Of a stretch of DNA of 64,000 nucleotides, positions 1 through 9,950 are shown in pieces. The position numbers were made by a program, and so were the translations under genes. The stretch covers positions 1,254,142 through 1,318,141 of the forward strand of contig CAVVPN010000012.1 in assembly GCA_963750165.1 (NCBI GenBank), read 5' to 3'. The notes beneath the pieces are model-generated. The model did no database searches. It saw nothing but the letters and a program-made list of their open reading frames with translations, and was not told the DNA's origin. Source of the DNA: an uncultured Gemmataceae bacterium. Lineage in GTDB: Bacteria > Planctomycetota > Planctomycetia > Gemmatales > Gemmataceae. The stretch's first letter is position 1; every line of letters starts with the position of its first letter.

Positions 1-696
1 CAGTGCCTCTTCCGGGAACGCCTCCGGCAAACCGAACGCCTTGATGACCGACAGCGTATCGACGCCGGGCTGGCCGCGGGCGCCGAGGATTTCCGTGATG
101 ACGCCTTCGCCGCGGTCCTCCGGCCCGGGAAAGCGCACCATCTCGAAGACGACCTTGTCATCCGGCCGCGCTCCCTTGGCACCCGGGTCGCCGACATAGA
201 TGCTGTGGCTGAAGACGGTGCCATCGACGCGCACATAGCCTTCGCCGCCGCGCTCGAAGTAGGTGCCGACGAACTGCCGTGTCGCCCGCTCCACCACTTC
301 CAGCACTTCACCGCTGGCGCTCTGGTCCGGCCGGCTCGGCTTCTTCAGGATGCGCACCAGCACCTCATCGCCGGTGGCGGCGTCCAACCCTTCGCCGCGG
401 GGGATGAAGATTTCCTGGGGGGCGCCCTTCTCGGTGGGGTGCGGCCGCACGAAGCCGTAGCCGTTGGCGGAACTGCGGTAGACGCCGGCGACGGTGCCGT
501 GCGGTTGCACCAGGCGGATGGTGCTGTTCTTGGCGACCTCAATGCGGCGCTGGCGGTGGAGGGTGCGCAGCACGCGGCGATACTCGGCGTACTGCGGTTC
601 GCCGATGCCCAGCTTCTTCGCCAGCGCTTTCGGTTTGAGCGGCTCGTAACTCTTGTGCTGCAGCGCCCTCAGGATTTGCTGGCTGAGGTCCGCCAT
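1..696 (-). CDS. rnr: Ribonuclease R, N-terminal part (runs off window)
   Basis: Manual translation MADLSQQILRALQHKSYEPLKPKALAKKLG...GYGFVRP...EIFIP...GDEVLVRI...GVITEILG...FGLPEAFPEEAL gives the HTH plus cold-shock OB domains of RNase R. Confidence 0.9.
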   Translation of the reverse strand, partial: MADLSQQILRALQHKSYEPLKPKALAKKLGIGEPQYAEYRRVLRTLHRQRRIEVAKNSTIRLVQPHGTVAGVYRSSANGYGFVRPHPTEKGAPQEIFIPRGEGLDAATGDEVLVRILKKPSRPDQSASGEVLEVVERATRQFVGTYFERGGEGYVRVDGTVFSHSIYVGDPGAKGARPDDKVVFEMVRFPGPEDRGEGVITEILGARGQPGVDTLSVIKAFGLPEAFPEEAL

Positions 697-716
697 GATG
701 TTGGTCCTCGGAGATA

Positions 717-804
717 AGCCACAGAGGACACAGAGGGCACAGAGAGAAGAGAGAAAAGCACTCTCTCTCTTTTTCTCTCTGTGTTCTCTGTGTCCTCTGT
801 GGCT
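717..804. repeat. Intergenic inverted repeat (CCACAGAGGACACAGAG class)
   Basis: agccacagaggacacagag...ctctgtgtcctctgtggct. Confidence 0.85.
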
Positions 805-813
805 AATTACTAG

Positions 814-1827
814 TCATTCGGTGTCCAGGGGCTCAGACAGCATGTTCTCGCTGCCGTTGACGCTGCCCTTGAACAGCCGCCGTTGCAGCGACTGGTTGAA
901 CGGCGTCCACGCCGAGGTTTGGTTGCGGTCCTCGCGGATGTCGCGCGTGAATGTGTGGACCTTGGCGTCCAGGTTGTCCAGGTGGTGCAGCGCGATCGCC
1001 TCGGGCGTCATCGGCAGCTTGGGACTGCCGAATTCATAGCTGCCGTGGTGGCTCACAATCATGTGCTTGACGCGCAGCAGCAGTTCCGCCGGGAACGACT
1101 CGCCCGTCAGGTCCGGCACCTGCGCCACCTTCTCCGTCACCATTTCCACGCCGATAATCAGATGGCCGAGCAGCTGCCCCTCGTCGGTGTAAGCGAAGAC
1201 GCGGCCGAAACTCAGCTCGCGCACCTTGCCCACATCATGCAGGAACACGCCCGTCAGCAGCAGGTCGCGGTCCACGTCGGGGTAGAGCGGGGCCAACCTG
1301 TCGGCGGCGTCGAGCAGTTGCACGACATGCTCCAGCAGGCCGCCGATGTAGGCGTGATGGTTGCGGACGCCGGCCGGCACCGTGCAGAAGTCCTTGACGA
1401 AGGCGTCGTCCATCAGGAAGCACTCGATCAGGCCGCGCAGGTGGGGGTTGCTCATGCCCATCAGCGTTTTGCGCAGCCGCTCGAACAGTTTGCTGACATC
1501 GTGCTCGGTGTGCGGCAGGAAATCGGTGAGCGTGACCTCCTCCGGCGACACCCGCTCCACGTGGCTCAGGATGATTTGCAGCGAGCCCTGGAAAAGCTGC
1601 ACCTTGCCCTTGATGCGCAGGAAGTCGCCCTCCTCGAAGGAGCGGAAGAGCTGTTCGCCGGCGTTCCACAGCCGGGCGCTGATGCCGCCGGTGCGGTCGC
1701 GCAGTTCCAGCTGCAGGAACAGGTTGCCGTTGCGGTTGGCCCGCAACTGCTTGTCCGTGACCAGGTACACCTCGTCCAGCGACTCGCCATCGGTCAACTG
1801 CTGCACAAAACGCCGACTGCTGCTCAT
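814..1827 (-). CDS. yhaM: YhaM-like 3'-5' exoribonuclease (OB fold + HD domain)
   Basis: N-terminal OB fold (LELRDRTGGISARLW), HHAYIGGLLEH, LHDVGK, LDNLDAK motifs. Confidence 0.85.
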   Translation of the reverse strand: MSSSRRFVQQLTDGESLDEVYLVTDKQLRANRNGNLFLQLELRDRTGGISARLWNAGEQLFRSFEEGDFLRIKGKVQLFQGSLQIILSHVERVSPEEVTLTDFLPHTEHDVSKLFERLRKTLMGMSNPHLRGLIECFLMDDAFVKDFCTVPAGVRNHHAYIGGLLEHVVQLLDAADRLAPLYPDVDRDLLLTGVFLHDVGKVRELSFGRVFAYTDEGQLLGHLIIGVEMVTEKVAQVPDLTGESFPAELLLRVKHMIVSHHGSYEFGSPKLPMTPEAIALHHLDNLDAKVHTFTRDIREDRNQTSAWTPFNQSLQRRLFKGSVNGSENMLSEPLDTE

Positions 1828-1862
1828 GCCTGCGGCCTCGCTCTTGCTTGCCTGCCTCACGT

Positions 1863-2626
1863 TTAACGCACCTTGACCAGTTCCACTTCAAACGTCAATT
1901 CGCCCGCCGCCTCGGGGCCCGGCACCTCTGGAATGACCGGCGCAGGCCCGTCCTTGTTGAACTGCAGCAAAGGGGGGACGATCAGCTTGCGTTTGCCGCC
2001 CTGCTTCATGCCCTCCAGGCCCTCGTTGAACCCCGGGATGACCTTGACCGAGCCCAACTCGAAGGCAACCGGCGCCTGGCCTTTCGTGGTGGTGTACTGC
2101 CGGCCCCGCACTGTCCAGCCCGTGTAATTCACCTCGACCTGCGCCCTTTCTTGACCGGCTCGCCCTTGCCTTCCACGAGATCGCTGACGTACAGGCCGCC
2201 GGGTAACACGCGGTAGACGGCGAGCAGGTCCACTTCAAAGGTCAGGTCCGAGTGCGGGGGTATGCTTTGCTGCTCCCCCGGGCGGCTCGGCGAGCCCTTC
2301 TCCCCGTAAGCCATCTTGGAGGGGATGAGCAGCTTGCGTTTGCCGCCCATTTTCATGCCGAGCAGGCCCTTGTCCCAGCCGACGATGACCTCGCGACGGC
2401 CCAGGTAAAACCGGAATGGTTGGCCGCGGTCCAGGCTGCTGTCGAACTTGGTGCCGTCGCGCAGCCAGCCCGTGTAATGCACCTCGATGAGGTCGTCCCG
2501 TTCGGCGGCGGCCCCGGTGCCCTCTTGTAAATCGTTGATTTCCAGCTTGCTTTCGCCGCAGCCGGCGACCAGAAGCAGCCCCAGGCCGACCACCGCCAGC
2601 GAACCACACCGTAACACCCAGTTCAT
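1863..2626 (-). CDS. Two-domain FKBP-type peptidyl-prolyl isomerase, lipoprotein; frameshift near 2140
   Basis: VHYTGWLRDGTKFDSS, VIVGWDKG, LTFEVDL; second domain NYTGW...VIPGFNEG...LTFEVEL in another frame; lipobox LVAGC. Confidence 0.85.
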
Positions 2627-2774
2627 GGGGCATGCCTCCCAGGCGCTTCCCGAGCCGTTGCCGTCTTTCACGAAACTTCATTATAGGGAGAAGGTTGCCG
2701 GCTGACCCGCTGCCGGAGGGCTAACGGAATTCGTCCCTTGCCGGCCGGGGAGGGTGGGCTACATTGCTAACTTC

Positions 2775-3290
2775 ATGGCCAAAGCGAAGAAACCAAACAA
2801 ACCGGTGCCGGAAATCCCCGTGATCGGCGAGGTGGACGACTGGGAGGAGGAAGTCGTCAAGACCTTGCTGGACATCCCGGCCGGCGGTGAGTGCGCCTTT
2901 TACATCGACTCGGCCGGCGGCAGCGTCTACGGCGCCCTGGCGGTGCTGACGCTGTTGCGCCATCGCCGCCATACCGCGACCGCCGTGGTGCTTGGCGAGT
3001 GCTCGTCGGCGGCGCTGCTGCTGTTCGCCGGCTGCCAGCGTCGGTTGGTGACGCGCTTCAGCACGTTCCTCTTTCACAAGATGCGCTGGCAGAGCGAGAA
3101 GCGCGTCGGCTCCGAGGAGGCGCTGCAGTGGGCGAAACACTTTGAGGAAATGGAACAGGAACTGGACAACTGGCAAAATCAACTGTTCGGCGGCGCCGAC
3201 GAACAGCTGCGGACCTGGACACGGATCGGCCGTTACGTGAGCGGCACCGAAATGGTCGCGGCCGGGCTGGCGGAGATGTTGCCGCTGTGA
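2775..3290 (+). CDS. ClpP-like serine protease subunit
   Basis: YIDSAGGSVYGAL, GECSSAA (catalytic Ser), FLFH. Confidence 0.75.
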   Translation: MAKAKKPNKPVPEIPVIGEVDDWEEEVVKTLLDIPAGGECAFYIDSAGGSVYGALAVLTLLRHRRHTATAVVLGECSSAALLLFAGCQRRLVTRFSTFLFHKMRWQSEKRVGSEEALQWAKHFEEMEQELDNWQNQLFGGADEQLRTWTRIGRYVSGTEMVAAGLAEMLPL

Positions 3291-3349
3291 GCGGGAACGG
3301 AGGAAGCCATGATACGTGAGGGTGGTATAGCGCCTGTGGTGCGTGGTTT

Positions 3350-3421
3350 CCTCCCGTAACTCAGCGGTAGAGTCTCGGTCTTATAAGCCGATGGTCGCTG
3401 GTTCGAGTCCAGCCGGGAGGA
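3350..3421 (+). tRNA. tRNA-Ile (anticodon UAU)
   Basis: Cloverleaf: acceptor CCTCCCG/CGGGAGG, D arm ACTC/GAGT, anticodon stem TCGGT/GCCGA with loop CT-TAT-AA (3382-3384), T arm GCTGG-TTCGAGT-CCAGC, discriminator A; CCA not encoded. Confidence 0.92.
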
Positions 3422-3456
3422 CTGGCGGATACCGCCGCGCCCTCCCGGCCGCGGCG

Positions 3457-3976
3457 TCATTTCTTCGGCAGGTTCTTGATGTAGTCGATGACCTTGTCGT
3501 TCGGCTTCGGGCCGCGCTGGGTGCCGGACGCTTTCTTCTTGGTCGTCTCGGCAGGCTCCTTGCCGAGGATAATGTACGGCTCTCCGAGCGCCTCGTTGGT
3601 CTCCCTGTCCACCACGAGGATATGCACGTCCTGGCGAATCAACGGGTCGCCCACGTTGTTGCGTCCGATGGACTTCTCCGACCACGTCAGCCGCACCACC
3701 GTCTTGACGTCCTCCGGTTTGACGGCGCAGATCCTCGGGCAGGCCGAAAAAGACCTCCCGGTCCACGGCCTTGGCCGACGTATCGACGACCACCACCTTG
3801 CCCTTGACGTAGGGTTCGGTCGTGCTTTCCTTGGCGTCGGCCAGGTACTCGGCGATCTTGGCGTTGAACGGCGCAGCCTCCTCGCTGCGCTGCTGCTCGC
3901 GAGTCCACCACCACCACACGGCCCAGGCGATGAGTCCGATGAACAGGATGGCGCCGATGATGCGTACGATTTTCAT
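3457..3976 (-). CDS. Hypothetical membrane-anchored protein; frameshift near 3722
   Basis: N-terminal TM segment MKIVRIIGAILFIGLIAWAVWWWW; continues in ORF 3457..3699. Confidence 0.55.
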
Positions 3977-4021
3977 GCGTTCTCCTGTTAGTTCGGTTCA
4001 CACTTGGTTTGCGCACAGCCT

Positions 4022-4080
4022 GTGGGACGGCTCTCCAGAGCCGTCCTTGTCTCGGAGACGGCTCTGGAGAGCCGTCCTAC
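4022..4080. repeat. REPIN-like inverted REP pair
   Basis: GTGG-gacggctctccagagccgtcc ... gacggctctggagagccgtc-CTAC. Confidence 0.85.
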
Positions 4081-4128
4081 GGGGCGTGATCCATGCGGCT
4101 GTGAACCGCGTTAGTTCAGTACCGGTGA

Positions 4129-4602
4129 TTACTTGGCGATCTTGAGTTTGACCTTGTGGCTGGGGCAGAAGGAGACACCTTTGACGGACGCCTCGGCGAT
4201 CAGGTAGTACACGGCCTGGTCCTGACTCATGAAGGCGGACACCTTGCCGAAGGTCCCCACCACACCGCCGGCGTCCTGCATGCGCTCGGGAAACGCGACG
4301 GAGAAGGAGAACGGCTCTTCCTTGTCCTCCCCCGCCTGCAGTTCGAGCGGGTAGCCGAGGGCCGAGGCGTGGAAGCTGCCCAGGACGAGTGTGTCGGTGA
4401 CGCGCTCCTCCGCCTTGCCCGTCGTGTATTCTTCCACCACGCGCACTTCCAGGCTCAGTACGGTTTTGGGCGACTTGGACTTGAGCAGAACCGCTCCCGA
4501 AATGACCGGATCGGAGCGACTCAGTGGCTCCTTGTATTTCCACAACAGCACCTTGACGCCGCCGATGTTCAACCAGCCTTTAATGGTGTCCCAGAGTCCC
4601 AC
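4129..4602 (-). CDS. Spo0M/arrestin-like hypothetical protein
   Basis: GTG start after GGAGG; MGLWDTIKGWLNIGGVKV N-terminus and beta-rich body resemble the Spo0M family. Confidence 0.5.
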   Translation of the reverse strand: MGLWDTIKGWLNIGGVKVLLWKYKEPLSRSDPVISGAVLLKSKSPKTVLSLEVRVVEEYTTGKAEERVTDTLVLGSFHASALGYPLELQAGEDKEEPFSFSVAFPERMQDAGGVVGTFGKVSAFMSQDQAVYYLIAEASVKGVSFCPSHKVKLKIAK

Positions 4603-4843
4603 GGCACCCTCCGATGAGTAAGAAGTCAGTTGCGTAACGCCCACTCAGTTTGGAAATGATCGGGGCAAGCGGGAGGCGTGTCAACAAAAAAGTCGGCCGC
4701 GCGGCCGGAGTGAGCGTCTCGAAAGGGGGCGGATTGCACAAAGTCGCCGTGACCTGATATGATGACCGTTGAGGTGCCGTGCCGCTGCGGAGGGCGGTGG
4801 CCTCGTTCCCTGACTCTCTTGCCGAAGAGGCCCCATCCACAGC

Positions 4844-6205
4844 ATGAGCACCCACCCCAAGGGGACTTACGCCTTTGTCAGCCTGGGCTGTCCCAAGAAC
4901 CTGGTCGATTCCGAGCGGATGCTGGGCAAGCTCGCCCAGGACGGTTACGCACTGGTGCCGGAGGCGGCGGGGGCGGACGTGGTCGTCATCAACACCTGCG
5001 GCTTCATCGAGCCGGCGCGGCAGGAATCGCTGGCGGTCATCCGCGAGATGCTGGCGCTCAAGGAACAAGGCCGCGTCGGCTCCGTGGTGGTCGCCGGCTG
5101 CCTCGCCGAGCGCCGGGGCGACGAACTGCTGAAGGAAGTGCCGCAGGTCGATCACATCGTCGGCGTCTTCGGCCGCGAGGAGATCGCGCAGGTGCTGGAG
5201 CGCGTGCTCGCCGGCCGGCTGGAACAACGCAGCCTGTTCCGGCCGGCGCCTGTGCGGGCCCAGGAAGACACCGCCCGGCTGCGCGTCACGCCACGGCACT
5301 TCGCCTACCTGAAAATCTCCGAGGGCTGCGACCGCCTGTGTACGTTCTGCGCCATCCCCGGTATGCGCGGCAAGCACGTCACCAAGCCGCTGGAAGAGGT
5401 GGTGCGCGAGGCCCGCGAACTGGCCGATGATGGTGTGCGCGAGCTGATCCTGGTCGCCCAGGACACGACGTATTACGGAATGGACCTGTACGGCCGGGTC
5501 CGTCTGGCCGAATTGCTCCGCGAACTGGATCGGGTGGACGGCCTGGAGTGGATTCGCATCCTGTATGCGTACCCGATCAACTTCACCGACGAACTGATTG
5601 ACGCGCTGGCCGGCGCGACGAAAATCCTGCCGTACCTGGACCTGCCGCTGCAGCACATCAACGACCGGCTGCTGCGGCGCATGCAGCGGCGCGTCCACCG
5701 CGCCGCCACGGAGGAACTGCTCGGCCGGCTGCGCGCGGCGCTGCCGAAGCTGGCCCTGCGGACGACGTTCATTGTCGGCTTCCCCGGCGAGACGGATGCG
5801 GAGTTTGAAGAACTGGTGGCGTTCGTCGAAGAGGTGCGGTTCGAGCGGCTGGGCGTGTTCCCGTATTCGCTGGAGCCGGGCACGCCGGCGGTGAAGCTGG
5901 ACGGTCACCTGCCGGAAGAGGTCAAGCAAGCGCGGCGGAATCGGTTGATGGAAGTGCAGCAGCCGATCGCGCTGGACTGGACGCGGCGGCAGGTGGGCCA
6001 GGAACTGGATGTGATCGTGGACGGCCCGGACCCGGAGGTGCCCAACCACGTGCTGGCCCGCAGTTACGCGGACGCGCCGGACATCGACTGCGTGGTGCGC
6101 GTCAAGGGCAAGCAACTGCGGTCGGGCGATCTGGCAACGATCAAGGTGACCGCGGCGGACGGCTACGATCTGGTGGGGCGTGCCCTGCCCGCGGCAGTGA
6201 GGTGA
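4844..6205 (+). CDS. rimO: Ribosomal protein S12 methylthiotransferase
   Basis: SLGCPKNLVDSE, INTCGFI, radical SAM CDRLCTFC, TRAM C-terminus with DAPDID. Confidence 0.95.
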   Translation: MSTHPKGTYAFVSLGCPKNLVDSERMLGKLAQDGYALVPEAAGADVVVINTCGFIEPARQESLAVIREMLALKEQGRVGSVVVAGCLAERRGDELLKEVPQVDHIVGVFGREEIAQVLERVLAGRLEQRSLFRPAPVRAQEDTARLRVTPRHFAYLKISEGCDRLCTFCAIPGMRGKHVTKPLEEVVREARELADDGVRELILVAQDTTYYGMDLYGRVRLAELLRELDRVDGLEWIRILYAYPINFTDELIDALAGATKILPYLDLPLQHINDRLLRRMQRRVHRAATEELLGRLRAALPKLALRTTFIVGFPGETDAEFEELVAFVEEVRFERLGVFPYSLEPGTPAVKLDGHLPEEVKQARRNRLMEVQQPIALDWTRRQVGQELDVIVDGPDPEVPNHVLARSYADAPDIDCVVRVKGKQLRSGDLATIKVTAADGYDLVGRALPAAVR

Positions 6206-6209
6206 CCGC

Positions 6210-6833
6210 ATGGCGACCGTGACCCCCGGGAAATCGGAACTACCGGTGCGGCGAGAGCCGTCCCCGTTCAACCTGCCCAACCAGTTGACCGCGAGCCGGT
6301 TCGTGCTGGGCGTGGTGCTGTTCGTGTTCATTGAACTGGAATTGTGGGTGAGCGCGATCGTCGTGTTCGCGGTGGCGGCGGCGACGGACTGGCTGGACGG
6401 CTACATGGCTCGCAGGCAGGGGTTGGTGAGTTCGCTGGGCCGCAATCTCGATCCACTGGTGGACAAGGTGGTGATCTGCGGGGCCTATATCTTTCTGCTG
6501 CCGCTGGGCGCGAAGGCGGGGTTGGCGGCGTGGATGGTAACGGTGGTGGTTGGCCGTGAGCTAATCATCACGGGACTGCGGAGTTTCATGGAGAACCGCG
6601 GCGCCAGCTTCGGCGCGGACTGGCTGGGCAAGGTCAAGATGACCTTGCAGTGTGCGGTGCTTTTCGCCATCTTTCTGGTGCTACAGTGGCCGGCGTGGAC
6701 CGAGGACGGGCTGACGGCCCTGACGTGGCTGCGCGACGGCCTGATTTACGCGATGCTGCTGGCGACGGCGCTGAGCGGTCTGCAATACCTGGTGCGGGCG
6801 GCGAGCCTGCTGAAAGCGGACCCGGTGGGGTAA
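6210..6833 (+). CDS. pgsA: CDP-diacylglycerol--glycerol-3-phosphate 3-phosphatidyltransferase
   Basis: NLPNQLT, TDWLDGYMAR...G..LDPLVDK CDP-alcohol phosphotransferase motif; follows rimO. Confidence 0.9.
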   Translation: MATVTPGKSELPVRREPSPFNLPNQLTASRFVLGVVLFVFIELELWVSAIVVFAVAAATDWLDGYMARRQGLVSSLGRNLDPLVDKVVICGAYIFLLPLGAKAGLAAWMVTVVVGRELIITGLRSFMENRGASFGADWLGKVKMTLQCAVLFAIFLVLQWPAWTEDGLTALTWLRDGLIYAMLLATALSGLQYLVRAASLLKADPVG

Positions 6834-6835
6834 CA

Positions 6836-6885
6836 GTCCGAGCCCGAGCGCCAGCGCTGCCCTGCGCTGGCGCTCGGGCTCGGAC
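6836..6885. repeat. Intergenic palindrome (22-bp arms)
   Basis: gtccgagcccgagcgccagcgc-tgccct-gcgctggcgctcgggctcggac. Confidence 0.85.
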
Positions 6886-6900
6886 GGGACACCGACTACC

Positions 6901-7977
6901 ATGACAGCAGAGCGGACGAAACAGCCGGTCGGGTTCGCGATTATCGGCTGCGGCATGATCGCGGGCTTCCACGCGCGGGCGCTGGCGGAGGTGCCGGGGG
7001 CGCGGGTGGCGGCGGTGGTCAGCCGGCAGCTCGACCGCGCTCAGGAGTTCCGGCAGACGCTCGGCCTCGACTGCGCCATCTACGACAACCTGTCGGCGGC
7101 GCTGACGCGGCCGGACGTTCACGCGGTCATCGTGACGACGCCGAGCGGCGCCCACATGGAGCCCGCCGTGACCGCGGCGCAGGCCGGCAAGCATGTCGTC
7201 GTGGAAAAGCCGCTGGAAATCACCCTGGAGCGCTGCGACGCCATCATCGCGGCGTGTGAGCAGCACCGAGTTCAGTTGTGTACCATTTTCCCGTCGCGCT
7301 TCGGCGACGCCAACCGCACGTTGAAGGCGGCGCTGGAGGCGGGGCGTTTCGGCCGGCTGACGCTGGGCGAGACGACCTGCAAATGGTGGCGGCCGCAGTC
7401 GTACTACGACGAGGGCGGCTGGAAGGGCACGCAGGCGCTGGACGGTGGCGGCGCGTTGATGAACCAGGCGATTCACAACGTCGATCTGCTGCAATGGTTG
7501 ATGGGGCCGGTGTCGCACATCTCCGGCTTCACCGCGACGCTGGCCCACGAGCGCATCGAGGTGGAAGACACAGCCGTCGCCTGCTTGCGGTTTGCGATCG
7601 GTGCCCTCGGCGTCATCCAGGCGACGACGAGCGTCCACCCGGGGCTGCCGAAGACCATCGCGGTACACGGCGACCGCGGCACGGTGGTCATCGAACAGGA
7701 CGACGTGCTGCGCTGGGACTTCGCGCCGGAGACGGCGGAGGACGCGGCAGTGAAGCAGCGCTTCGCGCAGAAGAGCGGCGCGTCGGGCGGGTCGAGCAAT
7801 CCCGCCGCGATCTCGCACCAGGGTCACGCCCGGCAGCTGGCGGATTTTGTCGAGGCGATCACAACGGGTCGGCCGCCGCTGGTGGACGGCCGTGAGGGTC
7901 GCAAGGCGGTCGAGATTATTCTGGCGATCTACCGCTCCGCCCAGACGGGGTGTGTGGTGGAGTTGCCGTTGCGCTGA
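6901..7977 (+). CDS. Gfo/Idh/MocA family oxidoreductase
   Basis: IIGCGMIA, HVVVEKP, GGGALMNQAIH. Confidence 0.9.
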   Translation: MTAERTKQPVGFAIIGCGMIAGFHARALAEVPGARVAAVVSRQLDRAQEFRQTLGLDCAIYDNLSAALTRPDVHAVIVTTPSGAHMEPAVTAAQAGKHVVVEKPLEITLERCDAIIAACEQHRVQLCTIFPSRFGDANRTLKAALEAGRFGRLTLGETTCKWWRPQSYYDEGGWKGTQALDGGGALMNQAIHNVDLLQWLMGPVSHISGFTATLAHERIEVEDTAVACLRFAIGALGVIQATTSVHPGLPKTIAVHGDRGTVVIEQDDVLRWDFAPETAEDAAVKQRFAQKSGASGGSSNPAAISHQGHARQLADFVEAITTGRPPLVDGREGRKAVEIILAIYRSAQTGCVVELPLR

Positions 7978-7986
7978 ACCCTGATC

Positions 7987-8043
7987 GTGGGGCAGACATT
8001 CCTGTCTGCCAACCTCAACGGCAGACGGGAATGTCTGCCCCAC
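7987..8043. repeat. REPIN-like inverted REP pair
   Basis: GTGG-ggcagacattcctgtctgcc ... ggcagacgggaatgtctgcc-CCAC. Confidence 0.85.
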
Positions 8044-8066
8044 GTTACGTCAAAGGAGTGACGTTG

Positions 8067-8987
8067 ATGGCCAGGCCGCGTTCCCTTGTTGGCGATTACC
8101 TCATCTACCTCATCGTCCGCCTGTTCGTCTGCTTGATCCAGGCGCTGCCGCCGCCAGCGGCCCGGGCGTTCGCCGCGGGCCTGGCGTGGCTGGCGTACCG
8201 CGTCAACCGCCGCCACCGCATCGTGGCCCGCGACAACCTCCGCCAGGCGTACCCCGGCCGCTACAGCGACGCTGAGCTGGACGCCCTGGTGCGGGCGGTC
8301 TACCGGCACTTCTGCACGCTGGTCATCGAAATCATCCTGATCCCGCGCTTGTTGCAGCCGGCGAACTGGCGGAACTACATCCGCCTGGTCGGTGGCGACC
8401 GCGTGGTGAACTGCCTGCTGTCGGGCCGGCCGCTGCTGTTTGTGACGGGTCACTGGGGCAACTGGGAGATGGCCGGCTACGCGCTGGGTCTGCTCGGCTT
8501 CACGACGCACGCCATCGCCCGGCCGCTGGACAACCCCTTCCTGGACCGCTTTCTGCTGAAGTTCCGCGAGAAAACGGGCCAGAAAATTCTGGCCAAGCAC
8601 GGCGACTTCGCGGAGATGCAGGCGCTGCTGGACGGCGGCGGCGTGATCGCGACGCTGGCGGACCAGGACGCCGGGCAGCGCGGCCTGTTCGTGGAATTCT
8701 TCGGCCGGCCGGCCTCGACGCACAAGGCGGTGGCGCTGCTGGCGCTGCAACAGAACGTGGTGCTGGCGGTGGTTGGCACGGGCAAGGTGGCGGAGCCGAT
8801 GCGCTACGAGATCGTGACGCAGGACGTGATTTATCCGGAGGAGTACGCCAGCCACGCCGACCCGGTGCGGGCGATGACGCAGCGCTTCACGACGGCGCTG
8901 GAGCAGTTGATCCGCACAGCGCCGGAGCAGTATTTCTGGCTGCACCGGCGCTGGAAGCACCAGCCGGCGGCGCGGAAGGCGGCGTAG
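8067..8987 (+). CDS. Lipid A biosynthesis acyltransferase (LpxL/HtrB family)
   Basis: TGHWGNWE, LADQDAG, VEFFGRPA, PEQYFWLHRRWK. Confidence 0.9.
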   Translation: MARPRSLVGDYLIYLIVRLFVCLIQALPPPAARAFAAGLAWLAYRVNRRHRIVARDNLRQAYPGRYSDAELDALVRAVYRHFCTLVIEIILIPRLLQPANWRNYIRLVGGDRVVNCLLSGRPLLFVTGHWGNWEMAGYALGLLGFTTHAIARPLDNPFLDRFLLKFREKTGQKILAKHGDFAEMQALLDGGGVIATLADQDAGQRGLFVEFFGRPASTHKAVALLALQQNVVLAVVGTGKVAEPMRYEIVTQDVIYPEEYASHADPVRAMTQRFTTALEQLIRTAPEQYFWLHRRWKHQPAARKAA

Positions 8988-9000
8988 GTTCCGACTGCTC

Positions 9001-9033
9001 AAAAAGAGAGCCTCGGGCATCAGCCCGAGGCTC
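9001..9033 (-). terminator. Intrinsic terminator between convergent genes
   Basis: gagcctcgggc-atca-gcccgaggctc hairpin with a U-tract on the minus strand. Confidence 0.7.
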
Positions 9034-9060
9034 GTTGAGAATCACGGTTCACGCATCGGC

Positions 9061-9747
9061 TCACGCAGTCACAGGCTGCTTCCGCCGCCGCCAGCGGGAG
9101 TAGCCGGTAAGGCTGGCGATGCCCATGCCGAGCAGGATCAGGCTGGAAGGTTCGGGCGTGGCAGAAGTCAGCGTGAACGTACCGCCGTCGTAATTCTGGG
9201 TATTGGTGAGCATTGAGTAAGTTTGGGCGCCGTTGTTGCCGTAGTAGAGGTTGATCTCAGGCGTGGAACCGATAGTCGTCCCAAACAGCAAACCAAAGTA
9301 GTCAAGATACGAAGGACCTGTGGTAGTAAAGCCTTGCACTCCCTGGTTCGCCCCACCGGCGGCGTTGTTGCCTGGGTAGATCAGGTCGTCAACAATGGAT
9401 GAGCCAAGGGGACTCGAAGTCACAGTCGGGGGCCCGGAGATTGCCAGGAGAGAATACGTCCCGAGGGGCGTATCGGTGGGATCAGCGGAACTGGTCAGGG
9501 TCAGGGTGCCACCGGTAACCAACAAGCTCCCATCACCAAGGCCGGAGTTTTGCGCGTTGAGGGTGCCGAAACCGACATTCCCGGCGATGTTGAAGGTGTA
9601 GTTGAACATCGGGTCCGGCCCCGATGGCGAGTAGGCGAGCGACCCCCCCTGGGTCCCGGTCCCGGTGGACACAAACCCTGCCATCGCCTGCCCCGAGCCG
9701 CCGAGCAGCAGCGTTAGGGCAGCCACCATCCAGGTCAAACGCTTCAT
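9061..9747 (-). CDS. PEP-CTERM sorting domain protein
   Basis: Signal peptide; C-terminal TPEPSSLILLGMGIASLTGYSRWRRRKQ. Confidence 0.9.
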   Translation of the reverse strand: MKRLTWMVAALTLLLGGSGQAMAGFVSTGTGTQGGSLAYSPSGPDPMFNYTFNIAGNVGFGTLNAQNSGLGDGSLLVTGGTLTLTSSADPTDTPLGTYSLLAISGPPTVTSSPLGSSIVDDLIYPGNNAAGGANQGVQGFTTTGPSYLDYFGLLFGTTIGSTPEINLYYGNNGAQTYSMLTNTQNYDGGTFTLTSATPEPSSLILLGMGIASLTGYSRWRRRKQPVTA

Positions 9748-9858
9748 CAATCGAACTCCCTTTGTCGGAAATGGGCACCGCGGGTGGCGGGCGAATCAGG
9801 GTGATTCTCCAGCACCGCCGATAACACTGAGGGTACTAAGCATTTTCCCGAAAGCAAG

Positions 9859-9887
9859 AATTATTTGCAAAATTATTGCAAATAATT
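9859..9887. promoter_or_regulatory. AT-rich perfect 12-bp inverted repeat, operator-like
   Basis: aattatttgcaa-aatta-ttgcaaataatt about 110 bp upstream of the PEP-CTERM start. Confidence 0.5.
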
Positions 9888-9950
9888 AAAGGAGTCCTGA
9901 AGTAAATATGTGTCATCAGACATGTTTGGCTCGGAATTCTGCAACCTGGT

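Noticed and set aside
4580..8043. Long antisense ORFs (e.g. 4580..6331, 6634..8043; also 14773..16935, 25077..27245)
   Set aside because: Shadow frames of real genes in GC-rich DNA, with no recognisable motifs
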